Positions 1 to 12,500 of a stretch of DNA of 64,000 bases are shown piece after piece. Within the stretch, counting starts at the first letter, position 1. Every line of letters starts with the position of its first letter. A model generated the notes under the pieces. That model saw only the letters and a list, made by a program, of their open reading frames with translations. It ran no database searches and was not told the DNA's origin. Source of the DNA: Chrysomallon squamiferum (Eukaryota; Animalia; Mollusca). Location of the stretch: positions 8,618,001-8,682,000 of the forward strand of contig CM022672.1 in NCBI GenBank assembly GCA_012295275.1, in the 5' to 3' direction. The position numbers and the translations under genes were made by a program.

Positions 1-33
1 GATATAAAATGAAGACAGAAATGTAATTTTAAC

Positions 34-1299
<1,266 letters not shown>

Positions 1300-1644
1300 G
1301 TTTTCTGATTAAGACTAAAATACAAAAACTTTATTTGCTATAGACTGACTTTGTAATTTTTAATAGGACACAAATAAGTAAATAAAGTACTCAGATATAT
1401 ACTGAGTACTTATCTGATTAAGAATTATATAGATATACCTAAATTTGTAACTTTTTATTAAGACATAAATAAATATAATAAACAAGATTTAATGCATTTT
1501 ATGTCAGAAATGTTTAAATGTCTAAATTTTATATGAGACATATTTCCCTTTCTTCTGAAAGTGATCAGCAAGGAAACTGAAACCTAGCTACACGTCACTG
1601 GACATTTTTTTGTAACATTGGTAAAATAATTATGTTATTACTTT

Positions 1645-2245
1645 AGTACTACTACTATCATTACTACTACTACTACTATTATTATTACTACTACTACTAC
1701 TACTACTATTACAACTACTATTACTACTACTACTACAACTACTATTACTACTACCGCTACCACTACTGCTACTACTACTCACAAAGTCCGGTTTTACTAC
1801 ATGTAGCATGAATACACTAATCTGATACTAAGTCAAACGCTAATCTGAGACGGATTGTGGACAAAATGAATTTGTATTTTATTTTTTTAATTTTTTTATT
1901 TTTTCAGATTTCAAAATGAGGACGTGCTATCAGAATCCAGGCTTCACATTTTACAAGAGAGAGGACTGTCCCAACTACTGTTACCACTATTACAACTACT
2001 ACACTATTACTGATCCTATTGCTAATACTGATACTACTACTATTATTACTACTACTTCTATTTCAACTATTACTACTGTTACAGCTATCACTTCTGCTAT
2101 TACTACTACTACTACTGTTTCTATTACTACTACTACTACTACTACTATTACTACAAAAACTGCTACTACTACCATTACTAATACTACTATTCGTACTTTT
2201 ATTATTACTACCACGACTGCTGCTACCTCTATTATTACTGTTGAT
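1645..2245. repeat. Degenerate (ACT/ATT)n trinucleotide tracts (1645-1780 and about 1970-2245)
   Basis: Directly visible; source of the spurious poly-T/poly-L/poly-V ORFs. Confidence 0.9.
1860..1966 (+). pseudogene. Truncated fragment of PAN-CTL lectin exon 2 with its 3' splice site
   Basis: ttttcagATTTCAAAATGAGGACGTGCTATCAGAATCCAGGCTTCACATTTTACAAGAGAGAGGAC nearly matches 26207-26272 (FKVRTCYQNPGFTFYERED), then breaks off into (ACT)n. Confidence 0.85.
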
Positions 2246-3115
2246 ATACAGTAAATAGCATGGACCAATAGGAACTATAATTCAAACAATTGCTCCAATA
2301 TAATAGGCATAGACTTCGCCTGAATGTTCTTTTCTGATGGGTTCTGACACGTGAAACACAACCTGCTAGAAAAGTTAATTAATTAATATGCTAGAACATT
2401 ATTATTTTAGTTTATTGTGCACGCATTTGCTCAAAAATAATCCAGTTTGAAAGGTTTGATCAAAGCAAAAATGCAGTTAGGAGAGGTGTTCTACATCACG
2501 ATTTTGTAATATGAAAAAAGACCGATACCTTTATTAGTGTAAGTCATAACAAAATACGGAAAATGGAAATTTGGAAGTTTAAAACCCGATTTGACGGTTT
2601 CCGAGCGTACACGGAAATTTCCAATCGAAATTCAAGATGGCCGATCAGTGTTTACCAACTCATAAACTATATTACTTCATAACGCAACCAATTCTACAAA
2701 AATTAGTACACATAATTTGTTAAAATATGTCATATAATCTACAGATATCTATTATTGAGTAGAAATTGTTGCAAACATCGAAACATTTTTGTTTTCTTTT
2801 TTTTCCAGTAACTTGTACTATATATATATATATTTTTTTTTTTTTTCAAATATTATTACATCGTCAGAAAAAAGAAAAAAAAAAGAAAAATGACATTAAA
2901 ACTTTTGTAATTAGATAAATAACGTGATTTCTTAACTTATTATTTTGATTCAGACATTTAGAGAGATTTAAAAATAATTAAAGTTGAGATATTTTAGCTA
3001 ACATGAAAGAAATAAAATTTAGTTCAGAAACGTTTTATCTGAAATGTTGTTTGCGTCCTTGGTAACAAACACTTATGATGTCTTAGGACACTAGGAGAGA
3101 AATTAAACACTTCTA

Positions 3116-6100
3116 CACAAAACACGTTTGTAAATAAAGTTTTAAATCTAATACATATCTGTACTTACCTGTATAAAATTAACAGATTTTCTCAATAAAA
3201 TATATTTCCAAAACTTTTGAGGAAATTGAAACTGAATCTGTAATAAATATATAACTTGGAAAAACCCGTCCATACGTTCTAAATTTAGTTACCTCACCAT
3301 GGCCGGAAGCAAGCTAACAGTTGTTTATTTTTATGATTATCTTACCAGATTCAAGTGAATAAATGTTTAGTTACTGCTCTGAAGAAATATCACTGTTATT
3401 CAATTACCACGATACAATTAGAAGCATGCAAGAGAAATAAATAAACATAAATAAGTAAATAAATAATAAAGATCAGTAGATAAATCAATAAAAACTGACG
3501 CGAAATATAAACGAAAAGAAGGAAAAATTATTTAAAGAAATAATTTTCATCGGACGTTTTCATTTAAAACATGAATCAAATTTGATTTCACCAGATGAGT
3601 GGAAGCGGATAAACGCGGACAGCTACTTACCAGTGAGAAACAATTGTTTGATTCGTCGTGTTCTATACACACCAACCCGCGCGTACCCACGCACACGCAG
3701 ATACACACAATACACACACTCCCGCACACAAACACACATAGACAAAATATTTTTTTTACTTATAAATTTAAAATACTATTAAAATATTTCATGATTTTAT
3801 TCATCAAAGGCAGGAGTAATTTTAGTGTCGTGTGAATTATTCGGCGAGTCAAAGTTAATGTATTTTATATTTTCTGTACCTATGGTGAACAGTCCCCCAG
3901 GAACACATTTTTCAAGTATGAGTTCCCGTATTAGCCACACGGAGGTGGGGGTATCATCACTCACCAGGTGACTCCTTGTCGCTGCGTTTAAGGTACATTA
4001 TTTATTTATTTTCTGTCCTTGTTTATTTACTGTTTTTTTTTCTTTCCTTGCATGAACTGTTTTTCAGGAAATAAAATGTATTTAATTTTATTTTATTTAT
4101 TTTTAATTTTATTTATTTTTTTGTTTTATTTTTCTTTTTTATTATTTTTTATTATTTTTATTTTTTTATTATCTATTTTATTATTATTATATATCACTTT
4201 ATTTTTTTTTTTCTCTTTTGTTTTTATTTTTTTTTTTTTTTTTTTTTATTTTATTCATTTGATGTTCTATTCTACATTCTGTTTATTATTAATGGTTAGG
4301 AATAATTATTGGGTAGCTATTTTATTTTTAACATTATTTTATTTTATTATTATTATATTTTTATTATTAATTTTTAATTTTATGGCCACAGCATACGACA
4401 TTCAATATAAAATAATTGTATCAATTTATTAAACTATAAATTCATAATTAAACTTTTTTTTTTAAACATTTTTAAATTAAAAATAGAGAAAAATATATAA
4501 GAAAAAAAATGTAAAGAACTGTATTTAAAATATTTCCCGTTGACAGTTTAAAATGTGACTGTTTTATTACTGTACATATTAAATATACTACGTACGAACG
4601 AAATGATGCTTATTTTGAAGATACGATGGGATATAATGCGACGCGAAATACAAAAATTAATATTTATGTGTCTGTTTCGTATATGCAAATAAACTGTATC
4701 TTANNNNNNNNNNNNNNNNNNNNNNNNNNNNNNNNNNNNNNNNNNNNNNNNNNNNNNNNNNNNNNNNNNNNNNNNNNNNNNNNNNNNNNNNNNNNNNNNN
4801 NNNNNNNNNNNNNNNNNNNNNNNNNNNNNNNNNNNNNNNNNNNNNNNNNNNNNNNNNNNNNNNNNNNNNNNNNNNNNNNNNNNNNNNNNNNNNNNNNNNN
4901 NNNCACAAAACACGTTTGTAAATAAAGTTTTAAATCTAATACTTATCTGTACTTACCTGTATAAAATTAACAGATTTTCTCAACAAAATATATTTCCAAA
5001 ACTTTTGAGGAAATTGAAACTGAATCTCTAATCTATATATAACTTGGAAAAACCCGTCCATACGTTTTAAATTTAGTTAGCCATGGCTGGAAGCAAGTTA
5101 ACAGTTGTTTTGTTTTATGATTATCTTACCAGATTCAAGTGAATAAATGTTTAGTTACTGCTCTGAAGAAATATCACTGTTATTCAATTACCACGATACA
5201 ATTAGAACCATGCAAGAGAAATAAATAAACATAAATAAGTAAATAAATAATAAAGATCAGTAGATAAATCAATAAAAACTGACGCGAAATATAAACGAAA
5301 AGAAGGAAAAATTATTTAAAGAAATAATTTTCATCGGACATTTTCATTTAAAACTTGAATCAAATTTGATTTCACTAGATGAGTGGAAGCGGATAAACGC
5401 GGACAGCTACTTACCAGTGAGAAACAATTGTTTGATTCGTCGTGTTCTATACACACCAACCCGCGCGTACCCACGCACACGCAGATACACACAATACACA
5501 CACTCCCACACACACACACACATAGACAAAATATTTTTTTTACTTATAAATTTAAAATACTATAAAATATTTCATGATTTTATTCATCAAAGGCAGGAGT
5601 AATTTTAGTGTCGTGTGAATTATTCGGCGAGTCAAATTTAATGTATTTTATATTTTCTGTACCTATGGTGAACAGTCCCCCAGGAACACATTTTTCAAGT
5701 ATGAGTTCCCGTATTAGCCACACGGAGGTGGGGGTATCATCACTCACCAGGTGACTCCTTGTCGCTGCGTTTAAGGTACATTATTTATTTATTTTCTGTC
5801 CTTGTTTATTTTCTGTTTTTTTCTTTCCTTGCATGAATTGTTTCTTCAGGAAATAAAATTTATTTAATTTAATTTTATTTATTTGTTAATTATTTATTTT
5901 TTTACTTTATTTTACTTTATTATTATTTTTTATTATCCTTTTTATTATTATTATTATATATCACTTTATTTTGTTTTCTCTTAATGCACTTTATTTTTAT
6001 TTTATTTTATTTTATTTTATTTTTTTTTTTTTTTTTTTTTTTTATTTTATTCATTTGATGTTCTATTCTACATTCTGTTTATTATTAATGGTTAGGAATA

Positions 6101-6509
6101 ATTATTGGGTAGCTATTTTATTTTTAACATTATTTTATTTTATTATTATTATATTTTTATTATTAATTTTTAATTTTATGGCGACAGCATACGACATTCC
6201 AATATAAAATAATTGTATCAATTTATTAAACTATAAATTCATAATTTAACTTTTTTTTTTAAACATTTTTAAATTAAAAATAGAGAAAAATATATAAGAA
6301 CAAAAAATGTAAAGAACTGTATTTAAAATATTTCCCGTTGACAGTTTAAAATGTGACTGTTTTATTACTGTACATATTAAATATACTACGTACGAACGAA
6401 ACGATGCTTATTTTGAAGATGGAGGGAGTACGTCGGGATATATGCGCCTCGAAATACAAAAATTAATATTTATGTGTCTGTTTCGTATATGCAAATAAAC
6501 TGTATCTTA
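3116..6509. repeat. Direct duplication 3116-4703 / 4904-6509 flanking the assembly gap; a third, paralogous copy lies at about 20139-21619
   Basis: Both copies begin cacaaaacacgtttgtaaataaag and end aaataaactgtatctta; they differ only by scattered SNPs and T-run indels. Confidence 0.9.
4704..4903. other. Assembly gap (200 N)
   Basis: Run of Ns. Confidence 1.
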
Positions 6510-7254
6510 TTGCTAGAGATGTGACAGGATAAAACAAGATGCTGAATTCAAATAGCAATATGTGTGAGTCCGTTATAAACTTTTTTTTAATGAAGTTTTG
6601 TGTTATTGTTATACAGATTAGATTTATCATATATGAACGAAATGATATTTATTTTGAAACCAGAGAACGTAACTGTGTACTTAGCATCTAGCGAAAGGGA
6701 AGGAAAAAAAAGAGAAAAGAAATGAAATTAAAGACCCTGACCTGAATACCTAAATCAAACCTCCTCCTCCACTGCCACCTCGATGTTATTTCTACAAGTA
6801 ATAAATTCATACTTTGATAAAAAGCATCCTGAATGCCAAGTTTGTGAAAAATATTTCCGATCAGGAACCTTAATTGCACTAATATCTTTAAAACTTGTTT
6901 GAATATCGAGCCAAAAACCTGAAAACAAGAAGAAAAAAAAGTAATTAGTTATCCTGTACTCACTGGATTTCCAAGAATTAATGAAATAAATCCACAAAAC
7001 CCGAGATTAACTAAAATTCAAAATAATCCAAATGCTGTCATCTACCATTTTAATTATCGGAGTCACGTCATGCTTTTGTTGACGTCGTTTTTATACCAAG
7101 ACAGCGGACGTCGCTGAAATCAGCAACAACCGCGCCAATATAAAAGTAACATCAATGCTGTGTTTCTTATTCCCAGTAATTAGTAACACTAATTAATAAC
7201 AATAATTAATAATTAATAACACTAATTTCTATACTGGTGGAGACGTATTTTATC

Positions 7255-7825
7255 TAGAACAGTATCATTAGTTCGTTTAGGTATATTTAACACTGAACTG
7301 TAAGAACAGTGGTAGATGTATTTTGTTTAATTTGACGAGACGTCTTGCCATTTCTTAGTCATAACGACAGGGTATGATGTGGACATCTAAACAAGCCAGT
7401 TGTTGCAGATTACAATATAAAGAACTGAATTCAGTTGTTAGACAGCCGTATCTGAAGATATTTCCTGTAATTCTCTAGATGTTTTTATAAATTTCACTTC
7501 AGTTGTTTTACTGTTTTACTTTCTGTTAATTTGCTAAATGTTGCTGCACTGTTTATAAATAAGATCCTGAATAAAGTCTTCTTAAGAAAACACAAATAAC
7601 AAATTTGTTTTGAAATTGAATAATGGAAAAGAATAAAATATATTTTAACCTTGAAGATAAATAATTAAATAATAATGACAAAGAAAATTATCATGGAAAT
7701 AAAACAAGTATGAGAGTGCTTCAACCTGTAAATATAGTGTGTATGCAGTGTTTTCCATACATTGATAAACAAAAGTGTCTTTGGAACAAATCTAGAGAAA
7801 CAGCATTACCAACAGTGTCGCACAC
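7255..7825 (+). repeat. About 0.6-kb element also found downstream of lectin 1 (about 27630-28230) and lectin 3 (about 34950-35400)
   Basis: Shared blocks such as taagaacagtggtagat, ataacgacagg...gatgtggaca, ttcagttgttttactgttttactttctgttaa(t/c)ttgctaaa and tatgagagtgctt..acctg. Confidence 0.8.
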
Positions 7826-8074
7826 TCATATATACACCAGTCAGCTGTTATATGTAAAAAGACAGGTAGGTTAAAACATCTGACTCATGTATGTAAAGCT
7901 GAATATCAAGTCTCATTCAACAATGCCTCTTAAAATACAAAAATAAATACTTTAAAAAAATTAACAAATTAAATTTAAGTTCTCTTTTGTTATAGTACGA
8001 AAAACAAAACGAACAGTGATGTTCTATTTGATACTGATAGAAAACAAATGTTGCATCCATCAAAATTTTGATAC

Positions 8075-8183
8075 AGACACGAAATAACCTGTTATAAATA
8101 GAGAAAAAGAGACACTGAATATTTACCTTGGTCGGGTCCAGAAAAGCCAGATTACAGCCATTATGATGAGGGATTGTCTCCAA
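8075..8183 (-). pseudogene. Decayed copy of MIB2-like ankyrin exon 13 and its downstream intron
   Basis: Aligns to about 11474-11596; reads ETIPHHNGCNLAFLDPTK versus DATPLHHACNWAFLDSAK, with a deletion of about 16 nt next to the donor. Confidence 0.7.
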
Positions 8184-8489
8184 TTAGTAATATAGTAATA
8201 TCATCGGGATCACAGTTTCATTAGATGAAACATTCGGCAATATAATCAGGAGAAATCCACTCTCAATGTGATCTTCCCGATGCTCATTCTGATCGTTTTA
8301 AAATCTCCCAGCTGATAATTAAAGACTAATTCTAAGAAAATCAAGACAAACATCTTTTTACATTTCTTTAATTTTATTATTATTTTGTTTTTATTTCTAA
8401 AGTAAGCCACATCGACACAGTTTAAAACAGGGTAAAAACAAGAAATGAAACTGAAAATAACAGAATAATGTAATAATATTAAAAATTGG

Positions 8490-8665
8490 TGGCTAGTAAC
8501 CACTAATTATTAGTAAATACTGATATCTTGTAACCACTAATTATTAGTAAAGACTAATATCGAGTAACAATTAATTATTAGTAAAGATTGATATCCAGTA
8601 AGAAATAATTATCTATAAAGATTGATATCTAGTAACAATTATTTGTTAGTAAAGTCTGATATTCA
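8490..8665. repeat. Degenerate tandem repeat, unit about 33 bp (tagtaaccactaattattagtaaa.actgatatc)
   Basis: About 5 visible units. Confidence 0.75.
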
Positions 8666-9820
8666 ATGTATATTATAAAAAAATTCGAGTTAAAACATTG
8701 GATACATTTATAGGTATATATATCTTTAATTAAGGCAAACAACAGTATAATAATAAAAATTACACAAATGAAAAATCATAAATATTATATTTATACAGTT
8801 GTAAATAAACTTAGAATTTATCTCCAGGTGCTAATATTATATTGTAACGTGTAAACTATTAAAGAGACTTGAATAGTTAGAACATATATAACGATTACTA
8901 AAAAAAATGACCTTTAGAGTTTATAAAAGGTTTAAATAAAGTGATAAAAACAAAAAAATAAAAAATATTTTTTGTTTTCGTTCCTTCTTCTGATTTATTA
9001 ATTAATTTATTTGTTTCTTTATTAATTTTTAAACTCTGTTTCTGAACATAAAGCAAGCACATACGAGTGACCAGTAAATATACATCTTGTATACATTTAT
9101 ACGTCAATATTTAAACCAACAGGAACAAAAAGAAACACACCATATCTAGATTACATAATCACGACTGGGATACTTTTCTGTGTGATAATCAAAGAGGAGA
9201 CAAGTCATAAATATTATTTATGTGTTTTGGCCGGCATGAAAAGACGATGAACATGGCCTCTTCATAGCTTTTCATAGTTTCTGCATGGCCATTTGTGAAT
9301 AAAACTTTGTAAAACTTTCATTACAGACGGATAATAGTTTATTTACGAATATACGTTCTCTATGCCCTATTGAGATGTTTTTGAGAAACAAAAAATCGTG
9401 CTTACCATTCCGAGAATGGCTGGTTTACGCAAGGACTGATCTGTCGAAAACAAGTTTTGTTAGACGGGTATACCTACATACTAGAGATGCACCAATCGAC
9501 CTTGTGTCAGCACAGTTGATGGTGTTGTTAGAAACAGTTACGTTTTATCTGATCCCTCCACCTGTTTCGTCAAACAAATTATCACACAATCTCAAAACCT
9601 TATATCATTAGACACTTCAGACATCAGCACAACTACGACGTCACAAGAAATGGTACTGAAGCTGACAAGTCGTTTTTAACAATGAAAACTTAAAAAACAT
9701 ACACACCTACACAACCACGATAAAAGGGTATAGATGTTTAAACTACATTAAGAAAAGATACACAGGTGTTTGAAAACAAAGAAATAAAGAATAAACAAAA
9801 GTATGTCTTTTCTTCTGTAT

Positions 9821-9911
9821 TCAGACGTGAGCTCCACAGAGTGGACAAGTAGTCACGTTGGCGGCACACTATGCACACATCATCTTGTGAGGGAAATCAC
9901 AATGTCAAGAA
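9821..9911 (-). pseudogene. Decayed RING-finger exon of MIB2-like copy B
   Basis: After the acceptor tttttccag the minus strand reads ...FPHKMMCA*CAANVTTCPLCGAHV*, the C-terminal half of a C3HC4 RING (H-x3-C-x2-C-x6-CP-x-C), with an in-frame TAG at 9871-9869 and a disrupted start. Confidence 0.7.
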
Positions 9912-10127
9912 CTGGAAAAATCAGAGAAATATTACTTTATGAAAAGTTGAGACAAACTGGAAATGAAGATAACAGACTAACACTTTCTGTAACAAGTAGT
10001 TTCAATTTTTCTTACACCACATTCATCCACCTGATTTTCAAATCACAATGTCTCAAAAATAATAAAAATGTTACTAATAATAACAAATCTGGAAATAATA
10101 ATAATAATAATTTCTGTAATAATAAAT

Positions 10128-11058
10128 TCATTTCCCCTTTGCTAGAAAATAATAATCTCGACACAATTCTTCAAAATTCTCGACAGTTTCGTTAGTGCAC
10201 ACATCAAACGGCGTTTTTCCGTCTTCATTTTTCAGATCGACGTCTGCTCCTCTTTCTATCAGGAACTTTGCCACCTCAACACGATTATGTGTGGGCCCCC
10301 AGTGTTCTTTACTCAATTTCTTATAAAATAAAAAAAAAAATTATTCTATTTTTTTTTTTTTTTTTTTTCGATCAAAAAATTTTATACTTGAACTTGTAAT
10401 AAAAGTTTCCAAAGATAAACAGTGAGAGAAAAGCTGACAAAGAATTAGAGAAACGCACCTGTTGATACTTCCCCATCACTATGTGTAAAGGTGTGTCTTG
10501 GTTGGAGTCACCCACGTTAATTTCTGCACCTGAGAATTTAAAAAAAAAAAAAAAAAAAAAAAACAACAACATTTGATTAAAAATCAGATTTATGAAAATG
10601 AAAATGGAGGCTAAAATGAAAAAATACATTTGAAATCGCATCCATGTATTTCTGTAAAACCTCAAAAACAATTAAGTAATTTTCACCCAGAAAATTAAAA
10701 TAGTTTTTAAATATGTTTTATAAAATAATAATATGTTTATAAATAATAAAGACTGAAAAATTAGATACATAGATAGATAGATAGACAGACAGATAGATAG
10801 ATAGATATACATATGGATATAAAACATGAAAATATTTTTTTTGTGAACACACAGGAAGAACTGTGTAGACATTTTGCTAAAAATAGATTTTCTTAAATCT
10901 AATTTTGACTTGCACTGTACATTTGGCCATATTTTAATATTTAATTAACCTTTCTGAGTGGGATAAAATATAACAATTGTGTATATAACATAGATAGATA
11001 GATAGATACATACATACATACATACATACATACATACATACATACATACATACATACA

Positions 11059-11094
<36 letters not shown>

Positions 11095-12456
11095 TATATA
11101 TACATACATACATACACATACATACATACATAGATACATAAAAGTATACCTAAATAGATTTAATTTTAAAATTTTTGTTTCTGAACAAAACATCATATTT
11201 AAATAGTTTTTGTCTCTCCGTTTTTCCACATATTCCAAATCTGATTTTAATGATGACATAAATACATACATTAGAAAAATGTAAAAGACAAGGGTTAAAA
11301 TATCATGTGATGTTCTGAATATTTTTCATTTGAAAATACAAAATAAATAATTTTAAAATTAACAAATCATCATATTTAAGTCCTCCAAAGTATTCTATAT
11401 AAGAGTTAGAAAAAAAAAGAAAGTGACGTTCTATTTAATAAATAAAATGTTGTACTCACCAAAATATTGAAAGAGACACGAAATAACCGGTAATAAATAG
11501 AGAAAAAGACACTGGAAATTTACCTTCAGATATGAGAAGTTTGGCCGAGTCTAGAAAAGCCCAATTACATGCATGATGAAGCGGGGTTGCGTCCAAGGCG
11601 TCGTTTTTCATATTAACATCTGCACCCTAGTAAAAGCAAATAAACAGCCAGTTTTAAAAATAGCTTCTTATATTCTAAAATAGTCAGTATGTTAAATACT
11701 CATAATCTAATTCTTATTGGAACAGAAGTAATTACTTATCAGTTTTCTATTCTGCTTTATTATTTTAATTTATTAATCTACATAAAGAAACGCATAATCA
11801 CATAAAGAAACGCATAATCACTTATTTAAAAATATCGTTTTACTATGATCCTTCGTAAAACAGAAATACATTAAAAAGATATTAATTATCTTCTATGATT
11901 ATTTAATTTGTTAGGAATTTTCAACTTCTACAGAAATATCCAATACAAATGACCATTATATTTCGGTGTAAGATATAAAAATTAGTTCTTCGTGTACGCG
12001 ATAAAAAAAAATATTTATTATGGTAAGATATAAAAATATTTATTAGGGTAAGATATATGAATTATTTATTAATGTAAGGATATACAAATTATTTGTTGGT
12101 GTAAGATATTATAATTACTTATGGGTGTAAGATACCAAAATTGTTTATTAATGTAAAGCTATACATCACCTGACTAATAAGAATCTTCGCCTCCGCTGTG
12201 TGGTTGTTTCTTGCTGCTATGTGTAGAGCACTTTCACCTTCATTTGCTTTCACATTAACAAGATCTCTATTCCTCATCAACATTTTTTTTGTCAGTTGTC
12301 CTCTGTCAATTAGAATACGCACTGACATTTTTCTGTCTCTTTTATTTGAAAAGAAACCTGTATTTTATTATTTAATTTCTTAGAAAGTAAGTCATAATAA
12401 CTAAACCACTGAAATCGAAAAGTAGTATATCTATGTATATCTATCTATCTGCCTAT

Positions 12457-12500
<44 letters not shown>

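Noticed and set aside
1916-2268. Thr-rich mucin-like and poly-Leu/Val ORFs (also 25696-26220, 19703-19906, 24476-24877)
   Set aside because: Translations of (ACT/AGT)n microsatellites; only the first codons at 1916 derive from a lectin exon.
3547-3835. Thrice-repeated small ORFs (also 5331-5602 and 20517-20795)
   Set aside because: Recurrence reflects the segmental and haplotype duplication; starts and frames differ between copies and no domain is recognisable.
4019-4432. Hydrophobic F/I/L/Y-rich membrane-protein-like ORFs (also 40062-40602, 45823-46089, 61599-61889)
   Set aside because: Low-complexity T-rich and (TAT)n sequence.
4626-4925. ORFs containing X runs
   Set aside because: Artefacts of the N gap.
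9375-10195. Plus-strand ORFs 9375-9611 and 9803-10195
   Set aside because: No recognisable domain or splice context; the second is antisense to the MIB terminal exon and RING relic.
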